Source of the DNA: Octopus sinensis
Taxonomy: Eukaryota
Reading direction: 5' to 3'
Assembly (NCBI RefSeq): GCF_006345805.1
Contig: NC_043000.1
Span: 13,330,001-13,394,000, forward strand
Length of the DNA stretch: 64,000 bases
Shown here in pieces: positions 11,641-24,714 of the stretch. Below the pieces are notes generated by a model, which did not search any database, was not told where the DNA came from, and saw nothing but the letters and a program-made list of their open reading frames with translations. Position 1 is the stretch's first letter; each line of letters begins with the position of its first letter. The position numbers and the translations under genes are program-made.

Positions 11641-12330
11641 TACAGTGAATCGTTGTCAATCGGTGACATAGGTATTCCTTTCGAACTCAGTCTACGGTCA
11701 ATGTGTAGCATCAACACTTCTCCAAAAGTGAAACCATTACACTGTTGTGGGTTTTACTAGGACTTTGTAGACGGTGGGTGATTGTTCTGGCACTGAAGAG
11801 GCAGGCTGATTTTGGGAATGCAGTGTTTGCTGTATTCTAAGTGTGAGATAGCTACATGGAATAGTTAGAGATTATGAAGCGATTTTGTAGCGACTTAGAG
11901 GGTTTTATAATCGCACCTTGTCTAGCTAGAGAGAATAAGCTGTAAGACTGTTTTCTAGCGGTGATTGTGTTTTCATGCTGTTGAAAGAGATAAAATTTTC
12001 ATAACCCTAACAGAGGGTGTTTTCAACGTATGTCTTCGCGGAAGCAGTGAAGATTTTGTTTGGAGGTTTGGTATAAGTTGGATGTGGATAATGACTGTGA
12101 GAAGGCTGGGGAAGAATGAAGAGTGATATCATTTGCATGAGAGTGAACGCTGTAGGAAAGTGTCTGAAAACGACTCCAGTGGTAGTTAGTGGAAAGGAGC
12201 AAGAGTTCGGAAGACGTTGCTGGTACCATAGTTGAGAGAATTTAGGCAGCAGGGAGCACCACCAGAAAATGATATAAGGATGCGATGTAACAGGTAGCCT
12301 TAACCTAAGAGATAAGAAATGAATGACGAC
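11640..12330 (-). mobile_element. Heavily decayed LINE reverse-transcriptase core
   Basis: Manual translation: GTSNVFRTLAPFH*L followed by VHSHANDITLH, resembling the GSVL.PTLFLLFIND / IHSYADD.TLH motifs. Confidence 0.5.
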
Positions 12331-12533
12331 CAATTAGATCGACAGACTAGATCGAAGAATTGCTGACGTCGCTATTTTCAATTTTACATAATTCGTTAAA
12401 GCGTTTTCTAATATACACGCAAGCACACCCACACACGCCACACACACTTACACACACACACACACACACACATACATACATACATACATACATACATACA
12501 TACATACATACATACATACATACATACATACAT

Positions 12534-12566
<33 letters not shown>

Positions 12567-12594
12567 TACATACATACATACATACATACATACA

Positions 12595-12619
<25 letters not shown>

Positions 12620-12628
<9 letters not shown>

Positions 12629-12790
12629 CACGACAGGCTTCTTTTACTTTTTGTCTACCAAATCCACCCACAAGGCTTTGGTTGGCCCGAAGCTAGCAGA
12701 AGACTCTTGCCTAAGGTGCCGCGCAGTGAGACTGAACCCAGAACCATGTGGCTGGAAGGCAAACCTCTTACCACATAGGCATGCCTGCGA
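12620..12790 (-). mobile_element. SINE family A 5' part
   Basis: Direct similarity to the family A head. Confidence 0.8.
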
Positions 12791-12809
12791 CTATATATGT
12801 CCATTTATT

Positions 12810-13420
12810 TCCATAGATCACTAGTCGTTATCCACTTAGCAACGCCTGTATATTCCGAAAACACTTCCATCCATTCAGAGATGATAAATTGACGCTGGAG
12901 AAGATAAACTGTGGCATAGTCTTTAACACTCTGTCGATTTGGTAAATGTATTTGAACTCTGATAGATTTTATATATATCATCAGTTCATGGTAGCATCCA
13001 ATGCTATCTTCTTTTTTTATTGCTCTTTTCTTTTTCCTTTTGGTGTTTCTATCTTATTTTTGTCCACTTGGAGTTTGCTTGAAAGATACACTCATGTTTT
13101 AAACAGGTATAATTTTTTTCTTGTTTCTTTCCCTGTTTCTTTATTCTTCCTTATTTCTTTCTTACTCTACTTTGATAAAGGGTTCGGCTGAAACGTCAGT
13201 CGATTTATTTTCCTTTTTCCTTCAAAGGCGTACAGTTAGTCGACTGTGCACAACATTTTATGTATCATTTTTTTTGTGTGTGTGGGTGTTTACAATTTGT
13301 CCACTACACTTGAAAATTTTCTCTACCTGTTGTAATCTCTCCTGTTGTTCAAATGTCCGTTCCTGTTCCCCTCGTTCTATTTGTGTTATTTTACCAATAT
13401 GTAAGTATGTATTTATGTAT
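12810..13420 (+). mobile_element. Probable Penelope-like 3' end/pLTR with a decayed hammerhead (13169-13200)
   Basis: Direct: act-TTGATAA-AG..CT-GAAAC-GTC-agt fits minimal type I hammerhead geometry with two core transitions. PLE assignment is inference. Confidence 0.4.
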
Positions 13421-13530
13421 ATGTGTGTATGTATATGTATATGTACATGTATATATGTATAAAGCATACACACTTAAGCACATATATACATACATCATAT
13501 ATAACATAATATAATATATAATATAATATA

Positions 13531-13582
<52 letters not shown>

Positions 13583-13764
13583 TATATATATCACGATTAA
13601 ATAAAAGACAAGCGGAACATATGATATGCCTATAAATATATAATTAAAAAACGTGTAGCAAAAAACGCAATTTCGGCCATTATCGATAATATCGCTTCCA
13701 CTCTGGACAAGAAACTTGCCGAGAACAGGACCAAAGCATAACAAACGAGACCGTTAGTGGACGG

Positions 13765-14200
13765 ACGAGGGACAAAAGAATAAACAGAATAAAGGCTTAG
13801 GGCCACACGAAAACAACAATTGATAATGATAATACATACACAACAAAAAGCCTTGGGGCTGCTTCTCTTTCCTTTACCTTGCTTCTCTTAATTTCTTTTC
13901 TCTCTCTTTCTCTGTTACCCTCCTCTCATCGTCACATGACCCGTGACGACCTAAGGCGGTATCATTCTTTTTCTCATTGCCTTCGAACGCACTGGACACA
14001 ATTTTCTGAACTCCTCGCTCTACCCCTCTCGTGTCTACAGTCCTTTAGGACTGTTTTCATTTCTCCTTTGCGTTACCCACTTTTGTCATGTCTTGCAGCC
14101 CCAAAGCTTTTTGTTGTATATGTACTATCATTAATAATTGTCTTCATGTAGCCCTATGCCTTTTTCCCGTTTATTGTTTTGTTCCACATCCGTCCACAAA
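13765..14200. repeat. Diverged inverted repeat, ~100-bp arms with ~230-bp spacer
   Basis: Direct: ggacggacgagggacaaaag...aaaaagccttggggctgc (13765-13863) versus gcagccccaaagcttttt...ccacatccgtcc (14095-14200). Confidence 0.8.
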
Positions 14201-14339
14201 CTTCTCTGGATGTTGCCCTATTTCGTGGCAGAACTACACATGGTGACTAACTTCAGGCGAGCTACTTACAGAGATCGAAGTAGTGGTTAACAGTGACTCA
14301 TGAGTCGTACTGTCTCCTCTTCAACCCTTTCGCCAACTA

Positions 14340-15251
14340 GTCTTGCAAGTCCTACAATAGCGCAACCATTCTTTTCTTAAGTAAGCAATTTCACTTACGA
14401 AACACTTTTCCAAAACCATACCCCCAAATCAAAGACAAACTATAAGATACGCAAATGACTCCTAAACACTGATCGTGATTGTCTTTGCGTAGGAAGCTAA
14501 AATAAAAAGAATTAAGGTCCGACAAAATTACAAACACAAAAAGCCTAGACGAATTAGAGCACTTATACCAACACTACATAAACACGAGAAATGGTTACTG
14601 GGGAAAATATAATACTTCTAAAGCTTAAAAAAAAAACTAATATGAAGTTATCCCTATTATCACTCTATGGAGTCCTTAAAAAAACCCAAAGAACATACTT
14701 GATATCCTTGGTATCAGTAATCTACGCATTTCATTTTTAACTCACCATATGAGTTCAGAAAACCACATTCAATTATCATACAACTGATGAATAAATCTTA
14801 CACAGATAATACTTGAGGGTGTCGACAATAATGTAAATGCTCCACATACCATACCGGCTATTATCAAGACCCAACAATCCTTTGAACACCATTGAGCTCA
14901 AATAACTTTATATATATATATATATATATATACCTCTTTAAATATAAATAAATGTTGGGGCAGGCATCAAACTAGTTTCTCAGGTCACACCAACGTCTAT
15001 GCAAAACACAATACATCTAAGAATCTGTAAATACCTGGACTGTGTCCTACAAGAGTACACTCTCTCATTATCTTTGAAATAAAGCTATACGATCTGTCCA
15101 CACTTCAAGTAAACGTGGTCACTGACACACCGTGAGGTTTAGATGAACTCGCTGCACTGACAAATGCAGTGTGTTGCAAATGATTTCCTATGACCTACCT
15201 GATCTATGACAAATGTTTGTAGGAGTGAAAACTTCAATATTTCTGGAATTT
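14340..15251 (+). mobile_element. Very decayed Penelope-like RT N-terminal region
   Basis: Manual translation: LVSQVTPT...ICKYLDCVLQEY weakly resembles RPIVS...ISKYLD.IL.P. It follows an inverted pLTR-like structure. Confidence 0.35.
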
Positions 15252-15351
15252 NNNNNNNNNNNNNNNNNNNNNNNNNNNNNNNNNNNNNNNNNNNNNNNNN
15301 NNNNNNNNNNNNNNNNNNNNNNNNNNNNNNNNNNNNNNNNNNNNNNNNNNN
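15252..15351. other. Assembly gap (100 N)
   Basis: Direct. Confidence 1.
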
Positions 15352-15442
15352 ATAAACAATCACAACGCCCGGTCTGGGATCGAACCGCGATCCTATGACC
15401 GCGAGTCCGCTGCCCAAACCACTGGGCCATTGCGCCTCCACC
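15352..15442 (-). mobile_element. SINE family C head abutting the gap
   Basis: Direct match to the head of 9264-9654. Confidence 0.85.
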
Positions 15443-15844
15443 GTGTGCTGACACACGCACATTCACATACTTCTATATTAGACTCACACACACACACACA
15501 AACACACACAAACACACACAAAGATATCTATATATATACATACACACACACAACGATTAATTTGCTCGTAGTTTTAATATTTATATAGGTAAACTGTGGT
15601 ATGTCCAAATATGACCAAATGCGGTGTTTTCAATATTTATATTTGCTTGCAATAAATAACCGGCTCTTTTGGTCAAGCTATCGTATCTCCAGCTGCTTCA
15701 GATGCCAAGACATCAAAAATTGTCAAAGTATAGTGCAAAGGTTTTGCTATGAAATGGTGAAATATTTTTTCGTTTTCTGAAAAAGCAACGCTGTGGACTT
15801 ACGACACTTTTGCATAAGAGCAATGATATATAACTTAAAAATAC

Positions 15845-17145
15845 ATACATACATAAATATACATACAATGCCAGTACTCATACCAACATTTGGGTTGCCT
15901 GAGGGGACGCTTGATGAAATCCGAGCCATTGATGTGAAAACTCGTAAAATACTAACAAGCACACATAATTTCCACATAAACAGTGGCGTAGACCGGCTCT
16001 ACCTAAAACGAAAACAAGGCGGAAGAGGCTTAACATCGATCCAAAATGCCTTTGAATGTCACATCATATCCCTTCGGCAACATCTTTTAACTATCAACTG
16101 TCGAAGTGCATCCCTTGACAAAGTTTGCATACATGAGGCTGATAAAATCATAAAACGCAACATGAGATGAAAGGATGAGCCTATATGAGCAGAAGACTAT
16201 GCATGGATATGTTAATAGAAAACTCCGTGATGATAGTAACATCGATCATCGAAGCAGTTTATCATGGACTAATAGCTGGATTACTACCTCCCACTTTGAA
16301 GGGTATGCGTTTGCAATCCAAGAACAGGAAATATCGACCAAGTATCTGATGCACAAAAGGGATAGAGAGGCAGATAAAGCCGTAAAGATATCACTCACAT
16401 CATAGGCAGTTGTCCGAAAATGTCATCACGGTATTATCTACCAATGAGCCATGACGTTGTAGCTAGGATACTATAATGAAATCCGTCGGAAGGATAATCC
16501 CAACGATAAAGAAAAAAAGAACCCACAATATGGTAGAAGCCATAACCACTCATAATAAAAAGGAATATGGTGGAATGTACCAGTGAAGACTTCAAAAAAA
16601 TGTAAGCACAATAGACCTGATATGATGATTTGAGATAGAGAAGAGAAACTGTAACAGTTGTGGAAATTAGCTACCCAGTGGATGTTAACATAAAGCTGAA
16701 GATCAGTAAAAAAGAGAACACTTGTGCTGAACTATTGATAAATCTGCAGTTACTCTAACAGATTACAAGTTCAGGTTTATACCTGTAATTATTGAGGCCC
16801 TGGGATATGTAACACACTGCCTAAATACCAATCATGAGAAATTAAGCTTCTCAAAACTAGAAAGGAGAAAGCTAATCGAAGACTACAGATCCAATCCATC
16901 ACAGGAACTGTAAAAATCTGTAAAACTTTCCAGAAGTTTACCATTTATATATATATGAGCATGTCTAGATATGCAACTATATGCATGAGAATACACACAT
17001 AAAACATACAAATCTGTACATAATACATACATATAAACAAAAATACTCTGTTGTTGATATTGAAATTCCAATGAAGGAGCCTTGGATCTAGGTTAGAAAC
17101 CGACTCTTTCTCTATTGGCAAGAAATCTTGAAATAAACTGAATAA
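15845..17145 (+). mobile_element. 5'-truncated, decayed R4/Dong-type non-LTR retrotransposon with restriction-like endonuclease (family 1)
   Basis: ORF track: DRLYLKRKQGGRGL, MHGY, FEGYAFAIQEQEISTKY. Manual reading downstream: HNRPDM...VEISYPVDVNI...IPVIIEALGY. These are established R4-clade motifs. Confidence 0.85.
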
Positions 17146-17279
17146 TGACATACATAAACATAAAACATACAAATCTGCACATACATACATACATACATAC
17201 ATACATACATACATACATACATGCACATGTAACAGTGGTTATCAAGCGGCAGAGAGGTGAAGCAACACAAATGCGCATA

Positions 17280-17432
17280 CATATATCTGATGGGTTTCTT
17301 TTCAGTTTCCGCCTACCAAATCTACTCACAAGGCTTTGGTCGACTCGAGACTATAGCAGAAGACACTTGCCTAAGGTGCTACGCAGTGGGATTAAACCAT
17401 GTGGTTGGGGAGCAAACCTCTTAACACACAAA
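17280..17432 (-). mobile_element. SINE family A 5' part
   Basis: Direct similarity. Confidence 0.75.
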
Positions 17433-17559
17433 CACGTCTGCGCCTATACTTCTGTGTGAGTTTGTGTGCGCACGCATATGTGTGTGTCATATAACATAAT
17501 TTATCATACACTAGAATTATTATTATATGAAGAAGATGCGAAACGGCCGTAACGTTCCT

Positions 17560-18313
17560 GTTTTTAGTGCAAGTTTTGAAGAGTTCGATTTTAACAGTTA
17601 TTTTGTTATAATGGAAGTGACAAAGGAACGCATTCGGCATATTTTGCTTTATGAGATCAATAAAGGCAACAACGCAACGGAAAGTGCGAGGAATATTTAT
17701 GCGGTATATGGAGGTCGGATAATAAGCGTAAGTTAACGGTAGTTCCAGAAATCCCGAGCCGGAAACTACAGCCTAGAAGACGTGTCCCGTCCTGGAAGAT
17801 CTGTAGAGCTCGACGAGAACGTCTTGCAAACCTTGGTGGAACAAAATCCTATTGTAACTGTTGAGGAACAACTAGCAGAGAAGCATGGATTTGGTCATTC
17901 AACCATTCATCGACACCTGCGTGCCATCGGAAAATGGCCATCTTTGGTTTCAAGACGAAAGATGTTCTTCCATCAGAATAATGCTCGGCCACATACAGCG
18001 AGGATGACATTCCAAAGGCTGGAGCAATTTGACAGGGAAACGATGCCCTACTCACCATATTCGCCGGTCATTGCCCATCTAATTTATTATTATTTATTCT
18101 GCAGTCTTCAAAAACATTTGGACGGAAAAAATATGAATTCTGTAGACGAGGTCAGAACAGTACTGGAGGAGTATTTTTCGTGACGGACAAGTGAATTTTG
18201 GAAGTGGGGCCTTGCAAGTCTACCAGATAGATGGAAGAGCATTGTAGAAAATGAAGGAGAGTATATTTTGAAAAATATAAGTATTAAAAAAACGCATTAT
18301 TTATGGAATGACT

Positions 18314-18320
<7 letters not shown>
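17560..18320 (+). mobile_element. Internally deleted, decayed mariner transposase
   Basis: ORF track: IRHILLYEINKGNNATESARNIYAVYG (HTH), RPGR, HQNNARPH, YSPYSP..., then LPDRWKSIVENEGEY. Typical mariner motifs, with the first catalytic region missing. Confidence 0.88.
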
Positions 18321-18354
<34 letters not shown>

Positions 18355-18919
18355 CATATACATACATATTGAGATAGTGGCGCAAATAAACACGCTTGGG
18401 CTTGATTTACAAAATATACATGCATACATAATATATACATGTTAAATATATAGCATCTCTGGATCTCACCATATACATATATACACACACATCCACATAC
18501 ATAGATACACACATACATATACACACACATGTATACATACATACGTACATACATACATACACACATTACCCGCATAATACACATGATACAAACCACACCC
18601 TCTCTTTCTTTCTCTCTCTTTTACTTCCCCCTTTCTCATTACACGTCACTCTCACCTTTCTCAAAAGCACGAACACAAAACCCCTCCATTTTATTTCCTC
18701 GCTTTCCCACTCTCCACTTCTCCCTCCCCCTCTTACTCTCTCTCACACTCCGTTTTTGTCTTGTTCTTTTTTATTCTGTAACTTAGTATATAAAAAAAAG
18801 TATGTAAAGTACCCCTTTCTTTATATCATTCCACCCTTTTCCAATTCTTTCAAAAGATCTGGTGTCGCTTCGCAGCCTCTGACAACTGGTTATGGATTGT
18901 CCTCCACCCCACTCCTTCT

Positions 18920-19275
18920 TCTAACAAACACTAATACCACTATATACCACTACCACAACCAACACCTTCTCTATTACTACTGCCACCACCACCAACAATA
19001 CCAGCTCTACAAACAACACCTCCACTTCCATCAACGACACCTCCGATACCAACAACACCTTCGCCGCCCACACTGCAATGACTACCACCGCCAACACGAC
19101 TCTCACTATCGCCACCCGTACTGCTCTTGCGAATACCACCAACACCAACACTATCACTATATTGCTATTCCCCACCAGCACCAACGGTAACACTGCTACC
19201 ACCACCGTCACCAGCAACACCACTCCTACCATCACCAGCACAATCACCACTACAACAACCATCATAGCTACCATG
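18920..19275. repeat. (CAC/CAA)-derived low-complexity tract
   Basis: Direct. Confidence 0.8.
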
Positions 19276-19751
19276 TAACGATCTTCTACGTGGTCACTTA
19301 GGCGACTAGAAATAGCAGTCAAATCTCCGTTAAATCACACCCGATATTTCCAAAAAGAGGACGGAAAGACACGTTGGATAACGTTGTACTAACTATAGCG
19401 AAAAATAGTCATAATACGAATGGTCACAATTGCAATACCGTTGATCATAAAGGGGTGCTGGATCAAGCCTGACCTAGGGCTAAACGATAACAATATCGCT
19501 CATAACAAAACAGGCAATAAATAGATACATAAATAAATTATATAGTATTATTCAACTCATCCCTGAGGTTTCGGTTTCTGGTGCAAATCTATTACAATAT
19601 TGCTGAGAATCATACTGTCTTAATATCTAACACACTCACAGGTTCAATTTCCTCTCATTAATTATTTATATTTTTACTTTTCCAAAATTTGCCTTTGCAA
19701 CTTTGTCAATGGATGTTGACTCTGTCCGTTATCAGACAATATATTTTTATA

Positions 19752-20575
19752 CAGGGTGCGTTTTGGGGTCATTGCTGCATTTTTTTTTTTGGCTAACTCT
19801 GTATAATCTTTGTTTCAGAAAATAATAATGGCAGACCCTCAGCTTACTCACGAAATGAAGAGGCATGCTGTTATTGTGGTTATAAAGTCTGAGCATAGCG
19901 ATTTAGAAATATCTCGATTTTTAAAAGTTGCCAGATATAGGGAGCTAGAGAGTGGAGATGGAAACATATCAAAGCATAAACAGCATTCTAAACACTCTGA
20001 AATCATCAGAAAACCTGAATTTATCCAGCAAGTTCAACAGATCATCGATTATAATCCCAGAAATTCCATGAGGTCAGTTGCAAAAGATCTCCATGTGTCA
20101 GAAGGAACAGTCAGAAATGTTGTCCACGAAGACATCAGATATAAGTATTATATGATGAAGAAAGGTCAATTTGTCAGAAAAAGCAAACGAAAATCACTAC
20201 ATCAGATCTAAAATGCTCTTAAACAAACTGAAAAATCCAGCTGAAGATTTGATTTGGTTTTTCTCGAACGAGAAAAACTTCGAGCCAAATCAAAAAGATA
20301 ACAGAAGAAATGACAGATGGTTATGTGCAAACCCTTGTTCAGTTCATAGTGTTATGCATACAAAATTTCCTGCAACTGTCATGGTTTTAGGGGTTGCCAG
20401 CAATGAAGGACATGTGATGCCTCCTTACTTCTTTCCGCAAGGTCTTAGAGTTAACTCTTTCGCCTACACTGAGGTCCAGGAAATAATTGTTAAGCCCTGG
20501 ATAGACAGTGTATAAAATGGAAAGCTATATGTGTTTCAGCAAGATTCTGCATTATCACACATGGCTCTAGTAACA
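19752..20575 (+). mobile_element. maT/DD37D-type Tc1-mariner transposon, 3'-truncated and frameshifted
   Basis: ORF track: WFFSNEKNF...NRRNDRWL...HTKFPATVMVLGVASNEGHVMPPYFFPQGLRVN...VKPWI, then FQQDSA. Left end TA|CAGGGTG. Confidence 0.85.
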
Positions 20576-20674
20576 GAGTACGAGGTGCTTACTGCGGTCG
20601 ATCTAATCGACTAGCCTCCTCCCCACAAATTTTCGGGCCTTGTGTCTATAGTAGAAAAGAATATTTCCACAATC

Positions 20675-21096
20675 AGGCGCAGGAGTGGCTCTGTGGTAAG
20701 TAGCTTGCTAACCAATCACATGGTTCCGGGTTCAAGTCCCACTGCGTGGCATCTTGGGCAAGTGTCTTCTGCTATAGCCCCGGGCCGACCAATGCCTTGT
20801 GTGTGAATTTGGTAGACGGAAACTGAAAGAAGCCTGTCGTATATATGTATGTATATATATGTATGTGTGTGTATGTGTTTGTGTGTCTGTGTTTGTCTCC
20901 CTAGCATTGCTTGACAACTGATGCTGGTGTGTTTACGTCCCCGTTACTTAGCGGTTCGGCAAAAGAGACCGATAGAATAAGTACTGGGCTTACAAAGAAT
21001 AAGTCCCGGGGTCGATTTTCTCGACTAAAGGCGGTGCTCCAGCATGGCCGCAGTCAAATGACTGAAACAAGTAAAAGAGTAAAGAGTAAAAGAGTA
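20675..21096 (+). mobile_element. Full-length SINE family A
   Basis: Direct: tRNA-like head with B-box GGTTCAAGTCC, accttgggcaagt-like central motif (CORE-like) and (AAAGAGT)n tail. A SINE-B tail fragment (20575-20660) precedes it. Confidence 0.92.
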
Positions 21097-21239
21097 ATTC
21101 TTTCTTTTTTATTATTCTTTTATATGTCGAACAAATCGACTCCAGGACTTATTCTTTGTAAGCCTAGTACTTAGTCCATCGGTATGTTTTGCCGAACCGC
21201 TAAGTTACGGGGACGTAAACACACCAACAATAAACAAAA

Positions 21240-21398
21240 ACATTTTAACAATTCTTTTTATACAATTCCTAATAATACTTGATTATAAAAATATAATGGG
21301 ATTTTGTACACATCGAATGGTTATGGCGGTCCAGTCGAGTAAAATAGGAATCAAAGGGTTCCATAGGGGAAAATATGGTCGAGAAACACTGATATAGA
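21240..21398. mobile_element. hAT-type MITE end fragment
   Basis: Ends in gagaaacactg (hAT-like terminus). Related AT-rich core at 24170-24370. Confidence 0.4.
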
Positions 21399-21934
21399 GA
21401 ACGAACCCTCAATGGCCCCGACTCTGTCTTTGGTTCACTAGCAATGAAGCAGGATTTGGATGAAGCCATCCTATCGCCCACACTCCTCCTTCTCTCGCTG
21501 AAAGAAAAGAAAAACTTGGTCCCTTTTTTTTACCTTCTCAGCCAGAAGATTACTTTTTTTTGTTCTCGTATTCTTTTTGACTTTTGGGAAGAACTGGAAT
21601 TTGGAATTTGGGGTTGGATTGGGTTCGGAGATGCGGAAATAGCATCAGGCAAGATACGTGTGTGTGTGTGTGTGTGTGTGTGGCTCCAGGAGCGGAGATG
21701 GGGTGGGGGAGAATGGGATTCAGTTTAAAGGGTCATATTAAGGGTGCTGGACCAGGTCTTGAAGCGAAGGAACATGTGTAAGTTGATCCCTTACCCTATA
21801 TGCTTTTTTTTTTTTGTCTGTTGACTTCGTCCCCACCCCTCTACTACGTTGTTTGAGATTTCAATGCCGAGGCCAAGTCAATTAGCAGGCAATACCATTT
21901 TTTTCACCAACAGCAGCCACTCGCCACCCTACAC

Positions 21935-22745
21935 TTACCACCACCATCACCAACAATAACAATCGCGATCACCACCGACACCACCACTACCACCACCACC
22001 ACCATTAGCACCACAACAACCACTACCACCACCACCACCACCACGATGCAACCACCACAACCATCACAACAACCACCACCACAACTACCATCACTTCAAC
22101 GCTAGTACCTCCACCACTAACACCACACAATAACAATCGCTATCACCACCGACACCACCACTACCACCACCACCACCATTAGCACCACAACAACCACTAC
22201 CACCACCACCACCACGATGCAACCACCACGACAACTACCATTACTTCAACGCTAGTACCTCCACCACGACCACTACCAACACCACAACCACTACCACCTC
22301 ACCACTAGTACCTCCACCACGACCACTACCAACACCACAACCACTACCACCTCACCACTAGTACCTCCACCACGACCACTACCAACACCACAACCACTAC
22401 CACCTCACCACTAGTACCTCCACCACGACCACTACCAACACACAACCACTACCACCTCACCACAGTACCTCCACACGACCACTGCCACACACACCACTAC
22501 CACCTCACCACTAGTACCTCCACCACGACCACTACCAACACCACAATCACTACCACCTCCCCACTAATACCTCCACCACGACCACTACCAACACCACAAC
22601 CACTACCACCTCACCACTAGTACCAGTACTACCAGCAGCAGCAGCAACACCACCACCACCTCTACTACCACCACCACCTTACCTCCAGTACCACCACCAC
22701 TAACACCACCACCACCACAAACCCCGCCGTCGCCGCCACTACCCG
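21935..22745. repeat. ACC-derived tract containing a 53-bp minisatellite (~7 copies, 22255-22622) and a ~175-bp duplication
   Basis: Direct: gtacctccaccacgaccactaccaacaccacaaccactaccacctcaccacta recurs at 22255, 22308, 22361, 22414 and onward. Confidence 0.9.
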
Positions 22746-22964
22746 GCTCCACTTATACCCAACCATAAGTGACGTGATGGAGGAGATTCTGTTAACAGTT
22801 AGGTCGGTCTCTTATCTTCTCCGTTGTTTCCATACATTTTCTTTGTTGCTTTTGGTTGTTTTTGTTTCACTATTTCTTTTTCTTTCTCTTTTTTTTTTTT
22901 AAATTTTGGAATTTTTTTTATTTCTCTGCTATTTCTTTAACCATTTCTCCTGAAAGCTGATGAT

Positions 22965-22973
22965 GCTGATGAG

Positions 22974-23005
<32 letters not shown>

Positions 23006-23327
23006 GATGATGATGATGACAGAGATTTTTATGACAGTGATGATAATATGATGACGACGACAACTACGAGAGTGATAAGATGATGGTGATGATAATGATG
23101 ATGATGATGATGATGGTGATGATGATAATGATGATGATGACATCGACGACGACGATGATGATGATGATGATGATGATGATGACAGTGATGATGATTGCGG
23201 GATTGATGGCGACAAGAAGACGCTGACGAAGAAGAAGAAGAAGAAGAAGAAGAAGAAGAAGAAGAAGAAGAAGAAGAGAAGAAGAAGGAAGAAGAAGAAG
23301 AAGAAGAAGAAGAAGAAGAAGAAGAAG

Positions 23328-23359
<32 letters not shown>

Positions 23360-23395
23360 CGACGACGACGACGACGACAATAACAACAACGACAA
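22965..23395. repeat. Compound (GAT)n/(GAC)n/(GAA)n/(CAA)n microsatellite
   Basis: Direct. Confidence 0.92.
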
Positions 23396-23494
23396 TATAC
23401 ACATGAAAGAGAACACGAGAAAAAGTCCCTGGTGTAAAAGGAAATGTAATTCTAATAAAAAGTAGAATGCAACGACAGAAGCAGCAACACTATT

Positions 23495-24050
23495 TTAAGG
23501 CGGCGAGCTGGCAGAAACGTTAGCACGCCTGGTGAAATGCGTAGCCGTATTTCGTCTGCCGCTACGTTCTGAGTTCAAATTCCGCCGAGTTCGACTTTGC
23601 CTGTCATCCTTTCGGGGTCGATTAAATAAGTTCCAGTTACGCACTGGTGTCGATATAATCGATTTAATCCGTCTGTCTGTCCTTGTTTGTCCACTCTATG
23701 TTTAGCCCCTTGTGGGTAGTAAAGAAATAGGTATTTCGTCTGTCTTTACGTTCTGGGTTCAAATTCCGGCGAGGTCGACTTTGCCTTTCAGCCTTTTGGG
23801 GTCGATAAATTAAGTACCAGTTGCGTACTGGGGTCGATCTAATCGATTGGCACCCGCCTTCAAAAAAAATTTCGGGTCTGGTGTCTAGAGTAGAAAAGAA
23901 TATTTACGTTCTGAGTTCAAATTCCGCTGAGGTTGACTTTGCCTTTCATCCTTTCGGGGTCGATAAATTAAGTCGCAATTCCGTACTGGGGTCGATCTAA
24001 TCGTCTGGCTCCCTCCCCAAAAATTTTGGGCCTTGTGCTTAAAGTAGAAA
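23495..24050 (+). mobile_element. SINE family B trimer inside one TSD
   Basis: Direct: one full unit plus two head-less units. 18-bp TSD agaagcagcaacac(t/c)att at 23477-23494 and 24051-24068. Confidence 0.85.
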
Positions 24051-24419
24051 AGAAGCAGCAACACCATTATCAACAACAAAAAAATTGCTGGAATTGCATT
24101 GGGAACTTGGTAAAGTCTAACAAACCCTTCCTACTGTCACACTACAGACTTTCCTAAGGTTCGGTTATACCAGTCACTCTCAGTCGGGGTCCATATGACC
24201 ATTGTGGGGTGTCCATAAAAGATTTTACTATTAAAATTTATGTGCAATAAATTATTTAAACTTCTAAAATACACTAAATATTTTAGACATTTTTTAATAC
24301 AAATTCCTAATGATATTTAATTCAAAAAATATAATAGTATTTTGTAAATGGTGAATGGCTATGAGGATCCATAAATACAAACTCATACGTACATGAGTAA
24401 ATACAAACTCATACGTACA

Positions 24420-24660
24420 CAGATGCTACCACACACACACTAGCCATCTTCGCACTCACGTGCTGGTCACTTCAGTCATTACAGCCACGTAACCACAGAC
24501 GTGCTTTTCTCGGATCGTTTTTTCTTCTCTCCTCTCTCTAACGAAGCACCGCGTTCGAAACGTTATACATCTACTCTTTTTCCAACTTATACTGAGCGTC
24601 AGCCTGGTTCATTCTTTGAACATCCTTTCTGCTATTCTGAGATTTAAAAACTTTTGTTAC
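24420..24660 (+). mobile_element. PLE pLTR-like fragment with a decayed hammerhead (24533-24568)
   Basis: Direct: CTAACGA-A-GCAC cgc GTTC-GAAAC-GTT, followed by ctgagcgtc as in the 34570-34790 family. Confidence 0.45.
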
Positions 24661-24714
24661 TTTTAACTTTCGATTTGCATATATATATACGTTACCAGGA
24701 CATTACTACACCGC

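Noticed and set aside
17527-17556. ATGAAGA...GAAAC-GGCC-GTA, and a similar GAAAC-CG-GTA near 32917
   Set aside because: Palindromic stem III is present, but stem I and/or stem II do not pair and the core is mutated. Not counted.
21720-21783. Possible small exon ending at GTAAGT
   Set aside because: No polypyrimidine tract before the candidate AG and no recognisable protein motif.
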